The position numbers were made by a program, and so were the translations under genes. A DNA stretch of 64,000 nucleotides. Origin: Nitrospirota bacterium. Lineage in GTDB: Bacteria > Nitrospirota > UBA9217. Each line of letters opens with the position of its first letter. The first letter of the stretch is position 1. The DNA lies in the NCBI GenBank assembly GCA_963845065.1, contig CAWJQQ010000008.1, forward strand, positions 64,001 through 128,000. The letters run 5' to 3'. Shown one piece after another: positions 63,034 to 64,000 of the stretch. The notes beneath the pieces are model-generated. The model had not been told where the DNA came from. It searched no databases and was given only the letters and a program-made list of their open reading frames with translations.

Positions 63034-63135
63034 TGTGTTCATTTTGCACAGGTATGTATAAAGTAATAAATCCTTGACTTTTATTCACCCTTTGTGTTAC
63101 TTTTGTTGGTAAGATGTACCTTATTCGGGGGAACG

Positions 63136-64000
63136 ATGAGGGTAAAAAAGTCTAGGAAACAGAAGAAAAAAGAATATTTTACCTTTATGTTCCTACCCGG
63201 ACCTAACGAACGCGTCCGATCATTAAGCATATCGAAATCCATTCTCAAAACAGTATTTCTCTCTTTAGGTGCATTACTTATCCTTTCTCTTTATCTTATT
63301 TACGAATACAACGACGTAAAAGACAAAATCTGGGAATTACAGTCAGTGCGTCAAGAATTGATGCAGCAAAAGGCGCAGGTGCAAAGTTTTGCGCTCAATC
63401 TTCTTGATTATAAACGACAGATGTTTCTGCTTCGGGATCTCGATACTAAATTGCGGCGGGTTGTGAGCCTGGGTCCACGGGACAAGGCTCAGCAGGTGCT
63501 CGGCATGGGCGGACCTGATGAACTTGGCATCCAGAACCTAACGACAATGGGTGAGAAGAATCAGGAAGAGGCCCTTAAAGAAATGCATCAGGAACTTACC
63601 CAGCTCAAGGGCGCGGCATCGAAGCAGGAAGTGAGTCTCCAGTTGCTATTTGAGTATTTTGAAGACAAGCGGTCACTCTATGCTTCAACGCCGTCGACTT
63701 GGCCTCTTCGCGGCTGGATCACTTCTCCCTTCGGCCGCAGAATATCCCCATTCACCGGCATTCCTTCGTTTCATGAAGGTGTTGATATTGCCGCCAAGAC
63801 TGGAACACCCGTCATGGCGACGGCAGATGGCGTTGTGGTCAAGGCCGGTTTCAGCACCGGTTACGGTAATATGGTCGAAATCAGTCATGGATACGGTATG
63901 AAAACTGTTTTCGGGCATAATTCGCGGCTCAACGTGAAAGCCGGACAGTGGGTCAGACGGGGAGAGGTGATATCCTTTGTCGGCGATACCGGCTCAAGTA
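63136..64000 (+). CDS. M23 family metallopeptidase (partial, runs off the window; not in the ORF track)
   Basis: ATG 63136 gives MRVKKSRK..., a TM helix, a coiled coil, then TPSTWP.RGWITSPFG, FHEGVDIAA, GYGNMVEISHG, FGHNS. Confidence 0.93.
   Translation, partial: MRVKKSRKQKKKEYFTFMFLPGPNERVRSLSISKSILKTVFLSLGALLILSLYLIYEYNDVKDKIWELQSVRQELMQQKAQVQSFALNLLDYKRQMFLLRDLDTKLRRVVSLGPRDKAQQVLGMGGPDELGIQNLTTMGEKNQEEALKEMHQELTQLKGAASKQEVSLQLLFEYFEDKRSLYASTPSTWPLRGWITSPFGRRISPFTGIPSFHEGVDIAAKTGTPVMATADGVVVKAGFSTGYGNMVEISHGYGMKTVFGHNSRLNVKAGQWVRRGEVISFVGDTGSS

Noticed and set aside
1..64000. CRISPR array, tRNA, rRNA, prophage or integrase
   Set aside because: No regularly spaced repeat-spacer array, cloverleaf, rRNA signature or phage/integrase gene was recognised by eye. 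A tRNAscan/Infernal run would be needed to exclude small RNAs.

Overview
This is a 64-kb bacterial chromosomal window of roughly 50% GC. The gene set suggests a Nitrospirota or Desulfobacterota-like anaerobe/microaerophile (inference). Housekeeping blocks are a CIRCE-controlled heat-shock cluster (hsp20, hrcA-grpE-dnaK, dnaJ), a lemA/TPM operon, aroK, a livKHMGF ABC transporter, dinG, amidase-GerMN-murI, folC-lptD-cutA and an M23 peptidase. Accessory genes and decayed mobile DNA lie between them: two TnpB remnants, several solitary IS200/IS605 ends and a broken IS1182. Most highlights are absent from the ORF track. (1) A 20-aa Cys-rich ORF, MTIKKVSKKLALTCKCKSSC (13326-13388, minus), has a strong RBS, its own promoter and a terminator. 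It lies directly downstream of a radical SAM/SPASM enzyme with an RRE-like N-terminus, making a candidate undescribed minimal RiPP system. (2) A glutaredoxin-like selenoprotein (24365-24583) has two in-frame UGAs, each followed by a SECIS-like hairpin. (3) A RelE-like/UvrD helicase/ankyrin fusion sits next to a DUF4258 toxin-antitoxin pair and may be a defence locus. (4) The hsp20 gene is split at CTT-TTT-TGA-C and needs a +1 shift. (5) A 72-bp piece of an HD-domain gene is embedded in a TnpB remnant 18 kb away. No CRISPR array, tRNA or rRNA was recognised. All family calls come from motif recognition by eye, not database searches.
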